The notes under the pieces: model-generated
The model's input: the letters and a program-made list of their open reading frames with translations, nothing else
What the model was told of the DNA's origin: nothing
Databases searched by the model: none
Made by a program: the position numbers and the translations under genes
Shown: one piece after another, positions 16,013 to 28,400 of the stretch
How positions within the stretch are numbered: position 1 is the first letter of the stretch
Layout of the letters: every line of letters begins with the position of its first letter
Source: Trichoplax sp. H2
Lineage: Eukaryota
Length of the DNA: 64,000 nt
Direction: 5' to 3'
Assembly (NCBI GenBank): GCA_003344405.1
Contig: NOWV01000217.1
Location: 1 to 64,000 of the forward strand

Positions 16013-18110
16013 ATACGGTTTAGTAGCTATAAAATGGATGGAAATCGTCAAGAATATACTGTTGATCCTCCAAGACTGATATATGGTATATCAAAATACC
16101 GTACTTCAGATTCTACAAACATGTAGCTACAGTGATCTGTATTGCAGGAGTCGGATATTACTGTTTGATCCGTCTTAGAGAAGTTCCTGGTATGACAGTA
16201 GAATGACTTGATATCAACTTGCATGAGTATAGCACTGTACTGTATAAGTTGACGAATAATTGTGCGGCCGACATGAAAAGTTTGTCTGCAATTTGGCTTA
16301 AATCATGGACTGCTAGAAGTCTAGGAGTCCATGCTTCAACTAACGTCTAGTTATGAACGCTAGCAAAGCATTCCCTTCCACCTAGACCTAAGATCGGTTC
16401 GGTTCGGTTCGCTGCCTTTACGATCTATATGAGTTCTGCGCATGGAAAGTCATTGATTCACGCTCGCACCAAGGTTGTATCGACCTAGCGCTACAACTGC
16501 AAGTGAGATGACGTCTAGTCATGTCAACTCGTGACCACGATCTGGACGAACAACACAACACTGCTCGTGACCTTCATGTGGAGTGACAGTAGGTGCAGGT
16601 GACACTCTGCATTATACCTGGGCTTTGTTTCCGTACAATACCCGCCAAGTGTACAGTACTGTACTGTACCGTACAAGCGTACCGGACCGGACCGCACCGT
16701 CAAGGCGATTGCATCACAAAAGGGACATTGCCCATTGGGTCACTCCATCGGTCCAGCCCATAGCCTTGTAATATGTGCTACCGGTACTGGTGTTACTCGT
16801 CTAAAATAATAGTAGACCTGTACCGGTACGGGACTGGTTGAAATTACTATGGCAACTGGGCACTCAGTAGCCGGCAGAGAGCAATTTCTTCCTTTCAATC
16901 TTGGGCCAAATTCTCTTATGACATAGGAAAGGTTCAATGATTTCCATCTCTTAACACAAGAAGACGCTTAGGAAGGGCTGGATTAAGGCAATTTGAACGT
17001 TGAAATCTTATTCTCGTGTCTATTTATTGGATAGAAGCACAAGTTGAACTGACGACAATTGCCAAAGCGACCTTCCAATTGACAGCAATTTGGATTCTAA
17101 ATGATTCTAATTTGTAGACGGGGATCAAGTTGACAAGTTGACGCCTTCCGTTTATGTAGATTATTTTCCCCCCAATTTGCACAGTGATTATTCTGCATTA
17201 GGTCTAAATTCTTACCATCACAGCTATCTTTTACTGTAGTTATCCTTAATAAGGTATTAGTACACTGATCCACCCACTTCCGATTGTACGTGGATTGCCT
17301 TTCTATAAACTAATCTTTCATGAAACTGAACTGTTAGTAACTATTAAGAAAAGCTCCATAGAGAATGATGATATAAAGAGAGTATTTTATACGACTACAG
17401 ACAGTACTGATTGAAAAAACTATCATCAAAAACGAATTCGCCTCAATCCTTACACGGAACATTGATTGGATTTGAAGTGGCCGTTGATCACTACATTGTA
17501 GTCAAATCCGATGCTTACAAGTCAACTTTATACTGTGTAAAGTCCTGCGGTGTGTGCGTGCCTTTCTAACTTGTAGACAATTTTTCTCGACTATCAAGTG
17601 TAGTATACTCTAGTAGTCTACTGCGTCTTGAAGGCTGCTAAAATTAAATCATTTGTACAGGGAAATTTAACAATTTCCCTATATTATAACTGTGGCGTAT
17701 TTTAGTATTCAATCAGCACTAAATGCTTCCTTAAAGTCTGTATTGTTTTATCATTACCAATTCTGTTGATATTCCTACTGTTTATATTGATCGAAAGAGG
17801 AAAAAACTATCTTTACAGGGAATTACCAATTCTCGACAGTATTTTTTTTGACTAGAAATCAATTTTATTACCACTGTATTAGTCCTGCTCTATTTCTAAT
17901 ACCTACGTACGACTAAGTTGATGCACTGTACTCTCAACTCCATCACCCAATTTTGGACTTGATTAGCTGGGCTACTGAATTTTTATCAACGTGCAATCTG
18001 GTTCATTATTACAAGATTTTAACCTCTACGGCAATCGATTCACATCATCTCAAGCCATTATCGTTTTATCGCCATTATCAGCCATACTATAAGCTGAACA
18101 ATTATTTACT

Positions 18111-21100
18111 ATGGCGACGATAAATGAAGGTAAAATTAGATCCAAAAATTCATATCAAAGTAAATTAGACTGCCGTCAACGTTTCTCCTTTGGAGTGGGC
18201 CATGTCTTAAATGATTTATGTGCCTCTATGTGGTTTTCCTATTTGCTAGTATATATGCATTCTGTCATCGGTTTTTCTCATATACACGCTGGTATATTAA
18301 TGCTCATTGGACAAGTTGCTGATGGAATTTGTACACCTATTATTGGCTACGAATCGGATAGAACTGCAGATAAATGTTATTATGGTAGACGTAAGAGTTG
18401 GCATCTACTTGGCGTTTGCTGTGTCATAGTTTCTTATGCTTTCGTTTTCAACAAGTGTTTTGTCTGTTCTGCGGTAACAGCATGGCCGCTATTAATCTAT
18501 TATACACCATTTGTTATCCTCTTTCAATTTGGTTGGGCAGCGACACAGATATCTCATCTCTCTCTAATTCCCGAATTAACTGATGATGAAAATGAGAGAG
18601 TCGGCCTCAATGCAATAAGGTAAGATAAAAATAGTGCTATTTGAAAATGGATCTTGAATTATTTACAGTAGATATCTAATGCTAGGAATCACCCTATTAA
18701 GCTAAAAGATAGTATAAAAAACTTTTATTGCTATACGTTACTAAATAGAAGATTCAAAGGATCAAGTAAAATCCACGTACTCTTATGCATGGAGACTAGT
18801 AACCTTTACCTATCTACAAAAGTACATTGGTGGAATAATATTCAATACTAGACAGTAGATGTCAATATTTGTTCAATACTTGGTTTTATATGTTAGTCAT
18901 CTTGTACGCCATTTTCATGTCAGCACGTATCTTGCTACATCCATTTGTTAGAGGAAAATTGTTGTAAAATATTCAACTTTGTAACAGTTTGTAGTGACTT
19001 CGAATTCTGTACTTTAAAAAGAGTTGCTTCAAACTAACCTTATTAACGGTATGAATGAGCTGCTAACTGAACGTTCTGTTCCTTCTTGATTGAGATTCAA
19101 TCTTCCCACCGTAATCAATCTACCAATCTTGTAAGATATACGTTTCATGTCGAGATGCTTATTTTTTCGTTATATACTTTAATTGTAATGCAGGTATGCT
19201 TTTACTGTAATCTCCAACATCTACGTCTATCTTGTTGCTTTCATGCTGCTGAGATTCCATGGCGGCAAATATCGGTCTACAATCTCTCCAGCTGATGCTG
19301 CAAACTTCTCGGTAAGGTGGCTATAGTTTCATTTTAAGCATAGAGGCGATCCCCATTTTTATACGGGACTTGCATAATTTAGTGAAACGGAAAAATATCA
19401 TATTATAATTCAACCGATTTATACGCACAACAGCAAATTCATAACTAGATGAATCATTAGATTTCTAAAAATAGAATTGTTTTACCTATCTTTTGTGATT
19501 AGATTACAAGTAAGAGGGTTATGTATTACATCAATAGTTACAAAATTCATCATTGGTACAGTTAAACATCAAAATAGCATAATACTATTAGTTAATACAT
19601 TTCATTTGTCATAAAGAGTAACTATTGTCGTGACCAGCAGAAATAACATATTCTATATGGCTATGTAATTTATAAGGTATAGTTAAATTTGCTACAGGAT
19701 ACCAACTCTGACAATCTCTGTAGGTAATAAGCGTTTAAAAGTAGTATACACCTTATTTAATGTCTATTAATTGCACAATACAATACTTAAAAACTTCATT
19801 GTATTTTTGTTTCATTTATCAGTAGCTGTCTCCTGCGGCAATATCTATTGCCAATCAATTACAATTCAATAATCCTAATTATCGTTATTTTTGGATTTGA
19901 TTAATATGTTCCTTCCTTAATTTTGACGTCTTTTCATCTGTAGTACTTGGTAGGGTCAGTCCTTGGTATCGGTTTAATAGCCGCTATTATTTTTCATGTT
20001 GGCACTAAAGAAAAGCGTCAACATGAAATCAATTGCCGAACTACGCAAGAACGGTATAAGAAAAAGACCTGGATAGATTGGTTGAAATCTTCATTATTCT
20101 ACCGGGTAAGCTAACTACGGTATATAGTAGTAGCGAATAATTAGAATGTTATACAAGTTCTACATATCATATGCTAGCTATAATTGATAATTAAGTTATT
20201 AAAATAGAATTTAAAACTGCTTATCTGTTTTTTATTTTTTTGGATAATGATGCTTTAAATTGTTATAGTACATCTTTAAATAGTTATCATTAGTAATATC
20301 ATCAAAACTAAAATCATGTTATTCTTGTTTTAGCATCGTTGTAATGTAAAACTAAGAGCTAAAAGTTCTATTCATTATTATTTAGGTTGCCGTACTATAT
20401 ATGTGTAGCCGTTTAATTGTCAACATAACTCAAGTATATATTCCACTTTATGTCATAAAAACTCTTCATTTACATAAGGTAAATAGTATTTTAGCATAAC
20501 TGCCTTCTCTGATTGATACTAAAAATTTACTATGTTTATGCTATTTTATTCTAGCTCCTGCTTCTAACTTTCATTCTCTCAAATATAAATTTCTTATAGA
20601 TGCATATCGCTTTAGTACCACTCACAGTCTACGTCAGCGGTTTTCTTGTCAGCTTAGTATTGAAACCTATCAACTACCATCTCGGTCGCAAAATTACATT
20701 TTTCTTAGCTTTGGTGATGTGTGGCGGCTTCTGGTAAGTTTTGGAGATTCAAGAAATGTTTTATTTGAATTAGCACGATCATTTTACCTTTTATTCGATT
20801 CATATACTATATAATCTCTTGTAGTTGCTGTATTTATCTACTACCAGCATCCCATGCTTACGTTGTGTACGCAGGAGCGACAATGTTAGGCGTTGGCGGC
20901 ACGTCACTTTTGGTTACCGTGTTGTCCATGACAGCAGATTTAATTTCCAAAAATGTCGTGAGTATTTTAGTTTTTTTTGATACCATTCATCAGTACTGAT
21001 TCGAACAAAATAAACGATTTATTTATTTAAACATTGCCTGTTTGGCTATAGGAAAGTGGTGCATTCGTTTATGGTGCCATGAGTTTTACCGATAAATTAT

Positions 21101-21570
21101 CTAATGGCATTGCAGTAATAATCATACAATCAATACACCCTTGTGCTCACATGTTTGCAAAGTAAGGCTTATATTTAGTGATGATGCTGTATATGCGTAG
21201 CTGAAAAATTTCTTAAAACAAATGTTTTCTTATACCTTGCTTAGAGATAACTGTGCTAATTCGGCGGCCTATTATCGAAGTGTGCTCACTTATGTTCCTG
21301 GAGGAGCAGCAGCTGTTGCCTTTTTATGCTTATGTACTATGATGTACACCAAGATGCCTTCAACTACTGACGGTTAGTCAAAGGATAATATATATATCTA
21401 TAAGTCATTCATTTTAAATTAAAAACTCATTCCTTATGCAATTCTCTGCAGATTTGATAGCCTACGATGATGGAGACAATGTTCGTACGAATCCGCGATC
21501 GGCCGGCATTAACGATCCAATTATGATAAATGATGATCTCTTAGAAGAAGCGAGACCACTCGTCTTTTAG
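18111..21570 (+). CDS. MFSD12: MFS transporter, MFSD12-like, 9 exons
   Basis: Motifs [68 protein letters not shown] and [19 protein letters not shown]. All introns are GT-AG. TAG ends at 21570. Confidence 0.92.
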
Positions 21571-22674
21571 GCAAAACTTATCACCGTTTTAATTCTATGA
21601 CAAGAATTTTATAGTAGTGCCAGACATAAGGTTAACATTACTAGATGTTCAGTAATTAAAGCAGAAGTTGCAATAAACGAATCAAGATTTTTCTAGCTAA
21701 AGGTTGTGCTTCAGTACAGACAGAACTGCAAATTAAATGCAGAGCATTCTTAATTTTACACCATTTCAACTTAAAAAAGGTCATCATAGTCTAACTTTCA
21801 TTTATTAGGTTATACAAGGTTTCTGAGATGATTAAAAAATGATTGTTATATAGAAAATTTTAAAATGATTATGAAAATTATTTTATGAGCTGAAAGCCGA
21901 TACGTGATATATATGTAAGGATGTACTCATGTATCATTTTAAGTGTTGTGCAATTGTGCATTTGTATAGTGAGCAATGATGCTTCTTATTACAATGTATT
22001 TGAGCTAAACTTATTTTGTTTTAACCTATAGATTATATTACTAAGAATTGCATTCGAATAATATAACGATTACTTTCTAAACTTCCATAAAATAGTTTAT
22101 TCTGGAGAGAATGATGCGCATAGCGCTCAATTTATTCAAAAATAAAAAAAATAACACATATTATATCTACCAATACCATAGAATGCTATATCGCTTTTCT
22201 ACAAAGTTGCATCATACCTATGGCTATTTTTGTGTTGTATCTGATAAGAAACTTTTAATAAATAAATAACAATTTCTCCGTATCTTCTTAGTTACTGCAT
22301 ATCTGCGGAGTGTGCATGTTCACTTGCATAGTTCTACATCTTCAGCGTACGCTTATTTAGCTAGAAAGATTGATTCTATACGGCTAATACTCGATGCAGC
22401 AGGCAATTACAGTACCCATAAATACGCTAAATTAATTACAAATGATCTCTAGTTGTAATGTTTCCGATCCAAATAGGTTTAATCGCAACGTCAATAAATA
22501 CTGTTTATAAAACTAGCAGTAAATAGTAGTCGCTCCGACTCCAAATAATGCGTCCCATGGTCCGCATATCCGATACTCGCAGCTTTTCTTTAGGCAAAAC
22601 CCCTACCACAATAGTTGGTTGGATGCCCAGAAGACCTTCGTATCTCTAGCTTTGCAGACTCATAATTGCAAAGA

Positions 22675-25130
22675 ATGGCTGATCATCACCTTCTATATGA
22701 GCAAATTTGTCAGGCTTACGAAAGAATTAAAGAGTTTATACGTTGTACTCCATTAGAGCGATCGTATCCGTTAACAGAAGGCACTTCTGGCCAAGTATTC
22801 ATTAAATTAGGTACTAATGTTGATCTTATTTATATAATCATCTCTTAATGTTCAAGTTGATACATACTGGATAGCATTAGTATCCAATTTTGCATATGCT
22901 CCCACAACTTACAGACCACTGGATATTCATACATAGCGGTATAACTGAGTATATTATGGCTTAGCAGTAGCTACATGATTAATATTGATAAATGATGACA
23001 GCGTATAACAGGATTTTATGCATGGCTTGATAAAGTATGAATGTGCAATCTCTGCTATTAAGGCGAGATTACAAAAAGAAAGGCTGTTAATGTACGCGTA
23101 TATCTTGCATCTTGTAGAATACTGTACATTTGTTTTATATCAGCATTTCTTGTTAATAAAGGGCGTGATCATTTTTAAAAATCTACCATTAAGATACTTG
23201 TATAACCAAAAGGAGTTTGTTGTCTAAAGCTGTTAAGGTCAATATACCTCTTACTCCTGCAATAAAAATATCTCAAGATGGAGTCATTCAAGTTTAGAAA
23301 TTGTAATTTAATCGTAGTATCCGCATTAAATACATTAGATATTTTGTACTTTTGATTCATGGCCAAGGATAATTCTTTGCTGTTATCAAATTGTTCTACA
23401 ATCATTTCAAATGATCTCCATGTCTAAATTCACATAGCTTTTATACGTAAACATGTTTAAGTTGCATAGAATTGTCACTTTAAACAGAATGATTTCATAC
23501 AACTGCCACTGTTCATTCTTAGAAAGTGAACAACTAACTGGTGCTTTTAAAATCCGCGGAGCGTTCAATAAATGTATGCTTCTAAAAGAGCGAGCAGCTG
23601 CTTCTGGACAGCAAGTACAAGTTGTTACTGCTTCGACCGGAAATCATGCGATGGCATGTGTAAGTATATTCAAATTTGATCAGATAGATAATACCTTTAA
23701 ATGACGACTTCACAACTAATAATGAGAACTTAAATGACAATTTAAATTATATTATTTCCTGAATGATCTTAAATTATGAATATTTTTACACCATTAATGG
23801 AAAAAACTTTTAGTTCCTTGAAACTAAAGTATGCACTCTGTTACAGCAGACTTTTTAATTCATCCGATCCAATGGTGTATCAATTTTAGAGATTTTAAAC
23901 TCGATGAACATTTGCTAATTATGGAATAATTAGTGAATTAATAAATTATTACTAATAACTCCTTAGACTATAGCTATGAAGACAACGCAGATATCTGGCA
24001 AGATTTTCGTACCAAATAATGCTAGCCAAGCAAAATTGAGAATGATCAATTTGATGGGAGGATCTGTTCACCATTACGGTGATGACTGTTTTGAGACAGA
24101 GAAACGGGCACGTCAAGAGGCATTGGATAATAATTCGATCTATATTTCGCCTTATAATGATTTAGAAATAGTAGCAGGTCAAGGAACGATAGGGTAATGA
24201 ATAAATTATAATTTACTTATAATATCTATATGCTTCAGTATACGCATATCAATATTAAAATAATGAGTAAGTAATAGACATCATTTATTATAGAGTGGAA
24301 ATTCTTAAGCAGCTACCGGAAGTGGATGTTGTTATGGGTTGTGTTGGAGGTGGTGGAATGCTGGGAGGTATTTCTGCTTATTTAAAAGCAGCTAAGCCTT
24401 CTATAAAGGTTGCTATTATTGAAAAGGGTTGAATATTGCACAAAACGTAGAGTAATCTACGATTAAAGTAAAACTAATTATTAAAAGATATGTATGATAG
24501 GCATCTATGAGGACTTGTTGCACTAAATTTTGCAGATTATTGGTTGTTCTCCAGCAAATTCTGCCGCTATGTACCATTCGATCCGAGCTGGGAAAGTCAT
24601 AGATATTGAGAATAAAGAAACATTATCCGATGGATCTGCTGGCTCTATTGAAGAAGAAGCGGTGAGCTAAATTTTCTTGAAGTTGTAATTATAGCTTTTT
24701 CCAGGATTGTATTACACAAATCGATTTGCAGTCAAACTTTACGATGATCGTAACTGAGTTCTTTTCAGCTGCTGTTTTATGAGCCATATAAAATTTTTAT
24801 ATAGGTTACTTTTGAGATATGTAGAAAATATATTGATGAATGGGTGTTGGTGACTGAAGAAGAAATTGCTGATGCTATATATTTTATGATGGAACAACAT
24901 CATAAGGTACTGACATTCCTAAGACTGTCTATGCTTTGACTTTGAACTCATTTATAAGTGCCATTTATATTCTTTAGATTATTGAAGGCTCTGCAGGCGT
25001 TCCTATTGCCGCTTATTGTAAAATGAAAGAGCGTTTGGATAAAATGAAAGTAGTAATAATTGCATGTGGCGGCAATATCAACATGTCGATACTGAACAAA
25101 ATTATACTTTCGAAGAATAATTCACAATAA
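22675..25130 (+). CDS. PLP-dependent fold-type II serine/threonine dehydratase or racemase family protein without an ACT domain, 7 exons
   Basis: Motifs IRCTPL, KLESEQLTGAFKIRGA (PLP lysine), VTASTGNHA, YISPYNDLEIVAGQGTIG, VGGGGM, TLSDGSAG, IIEGSAG and CGGNI. TAA ends at 25130. Confidence 0.88.
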
Positions 25131-25417
25131 GCATTCAATCAGTACTCTAATCCATTCTAAAATATTAACAATTTTCCGTTAAAAAGAAACAAGAAAAAAA
25201 ACTTCAAATCAAGCATCATTGGCGGACGAGTTATTCGTAATGATGGATACAGCATCTTTGTGTTTATCGACTTTTATTTAATGTTATAGCAAGACAAACA
25301 ACTTTACATGTCATTTTCATCTTATCAACTATTAATCAAGTATTTTTACGAAAAAAAACTAGTAAATTACGACTAAAATTGATATGTGTGTAATATATTG
25401 TTAAAATGATTTCATTA

Positions 25418-28400
25418 TTAAAAATTATCTTCATCAGCTTTTGACTTATTGAGTTCTTCAAATCGTTCAATAACTTTAACAATTGTTTGTTCGCCATAAA
25501 CTTGGTTATTTCTGGAGCGCACGTTGACGCTTTTATTTTCGCACTCCTTCTGTCCTACAACTACGAAAATTTTGTGCAATTTTATCAGATAATGGAAGAT
25601 CTAGGTTTTAATAGCATCATCAGTACTAACCCATGCTGAAATTGTATTGAGCTAATTGAGCATTCCTAACTTTCTTATTCATAGTATCACCAGGTGCCAA
25701 ATCCACATCAACATAAAAACCGGCACTGTGTAACTGATCACGAACCTGTAAAATATTATAAACAATTAAGCCGATATATAGTTTTTGGTTTTTGCCAATA
25801 GCAAGACAGTGATGCTGTACTGATTGGCATGGTGTTGCAAATTAAATATTTAATTTGATGTACTTGAAGTGCGTATTCGTCGAACTTCGCAGCCACAGGA
25901 ATGACCATAGCTTGCCTTGGTGAAAGCCAAAACGGCCATTTACCAGCGAAATTCTCACATAGAACAGCTATCATTCGTTCGACTGACCCTAAGATAGCTC
26001 TGTGTATGATAACGGGTCGCAATGTATCGTCGCCATTCTTCCTGTAATCAGTAATGAAACAATTTATGATAGCTAAAATTTAGAAAACCAGAAGAAAATT
26101 GTTCAATCAATTTAAGAAAGTATGAACTCAACATCCAAAAATCAGTTACAAAGTATTACCCAACATAGGTCAGATTAAATCGTGTCGGCAACTGAAAGTC
26201 AAGCTGAATCGTAGCACATTGATGAGGTCTACGTAGTGCATCCAAGACTTGAATATCGATCTATATATCATAAATATTGCAATTACGCACAGCAACATGC
26301 CAAGAAGTGAGCATTAGACTATACCCGGAGGATTGTAATCTCTTATAACTTTACTGCTGAGTTCATATACCTTAGGACCATAAAATGCACCATCCTTCTC
26401 TTTTAAACCCCACTTTAAGCCAAATTCATCTAAACTTTCTCGAAGTTGTTGCTCTGCTCTATCCCAAGTTGCGATTTCACCCATAAATTCATCAGGTCGG
26501 GTCGACAAGAAAAGTTTCAATTGGAAACCAAGCGTGTCGTAAATGTACTTTAAGAAATCTAGGCAGCCCTTAATCTCATCTTTCACCTGGTATAGAAATG
26601 AGCAATTTATTGCAGGAAATTAACTTCTTTTCGTTTAAAATATTAACAGGAATTACCAGTATTATATAGATTAAAAATTTCTTACTTGATCATCACGACA
26701 GAAAATATGAGCATCATCTTGTTGAAAACGTCTAACTCTTGTCAATCCTGACAAAGTACCAGAGAGTTCATTACGATGAAGGACACCAAATTCAGCATAG
26801 CGAAGAGGTAGCTCGCGCCAAGATCTTGGTCGATGTGAGAACATAACACTAAGATGTGTTGATAATTATATAATTAGATATAAATTTGCTGGCTAATTTT
26901 TTTGTAAATTTAATTTCATATGATAACATCATTCCATACCAATGGCCAGGGCAGTTCATTGGCTTTAAGCCAAATTGGTCTTTTTCAACGTCAAAGGTAA
27001 ACATGTCATCCTAAGATTACACGAATACAAGTTAACAATGCTAGGCTGTAGATATGGCATTATTGATGGGTTAGTCTAGAAGGTCGATTTGCAACTCTTT
27101 ACTGACTTTGTAATGTTGCCAGTGTCCCGATGTCATCCATAATTTACTGCTATAAATATTTGGAGATAAAACTTCGTGAAATCCTCTTTTGCGGTACTGA
27201 TCCTAGAATATAGTATATAGCTATTACTATTAACAACTTTAGCAACATTGCTAAATAATTAATAAGGGTTTTTACCCTCATTAATTGCATTAAAATTCCA
27301 TATATATGAGCACCACGGGGTAAGAAGAAGCAGCTACCAGGCGAAAGTTCACTAAAGAAGAATAATTCTTGATCCTAGTCAGTTAAAAATAATAGCCCAA
27401 GATACCTTCAATAAATGCTAACCATAAATTATTACAAGTTTAACGTGTAAAGAGTTTTGATAATATTTTTGGTGGCTGAGTATACACACCCTGCCAATTT
27501 TTCGATGGTCTCGTTTTGCGGCTTCTTCCTGAAATTTTTTCCATTCTTTCATCTGTAGACATAGATACATACGAATTTAAAAATTTTAGAATAGTAATAC
27601 AACAACAATATAATTGTTTATTATAACAATATCAATCAATTATGATACTTTTCAAATTTTTTAAATACGTACTTGCTTGCTATCTGGAAATGATATTCCG
27701 TAGACTCTTTGCAGGCTTTCAGCTTCGCAATTACCTTCCCAATAACTGGAAGAATTCTATGTGAATAAAGACGGCTAGTTTACATTTATGAAAAACACAT
27801 CTGCTATGAATATGTTATACTCTCTGTCACAATGTACCTTAGTCAATGTCATGGCTTTAATTTTACCGGTGTGCCTTACATGAGGGCCACGACATAAATC
27901 GATTAATGGACCGCACCTGAAGAAAGAATTCAATTTATTAGGGTATTAGTAGTAATTTCTAAGCTATGCATCATTTATTATTTCCAACAGATATGTCTGG
28001 CTACCTGTAAACAGTGGTAGTTGGCGTTTTTACTCTTTCTTCTAGAATTCTGACCTTGAACTTATTATACTAGAAAAAGAGATATTCATGCATGTCCATT
28101 GAATCTATGTTACACTATTGACAATTTGATTTTATACAGTTTCAGATCGTTTTCTACCTTGAACATTTCAAGTAAATCTTCTTTCTTCATTTCCAACTTC
28201 ACGAATGGCTGCTTGTCTTTCAAAATCGCTTTGACGATAGTGTCTAATTTTTCGAAATCGTTACCGGATACTTGACTAGAAATTAACCATTTAAAGGTTT
28301 AGTTGTTGTACATGCTGATGAAGATACCATGAAATGTGTTACCATCAACTAAAGGATAACTAGGTTTATATACTTGTTTTCTATAAACATATCGTAGTAG

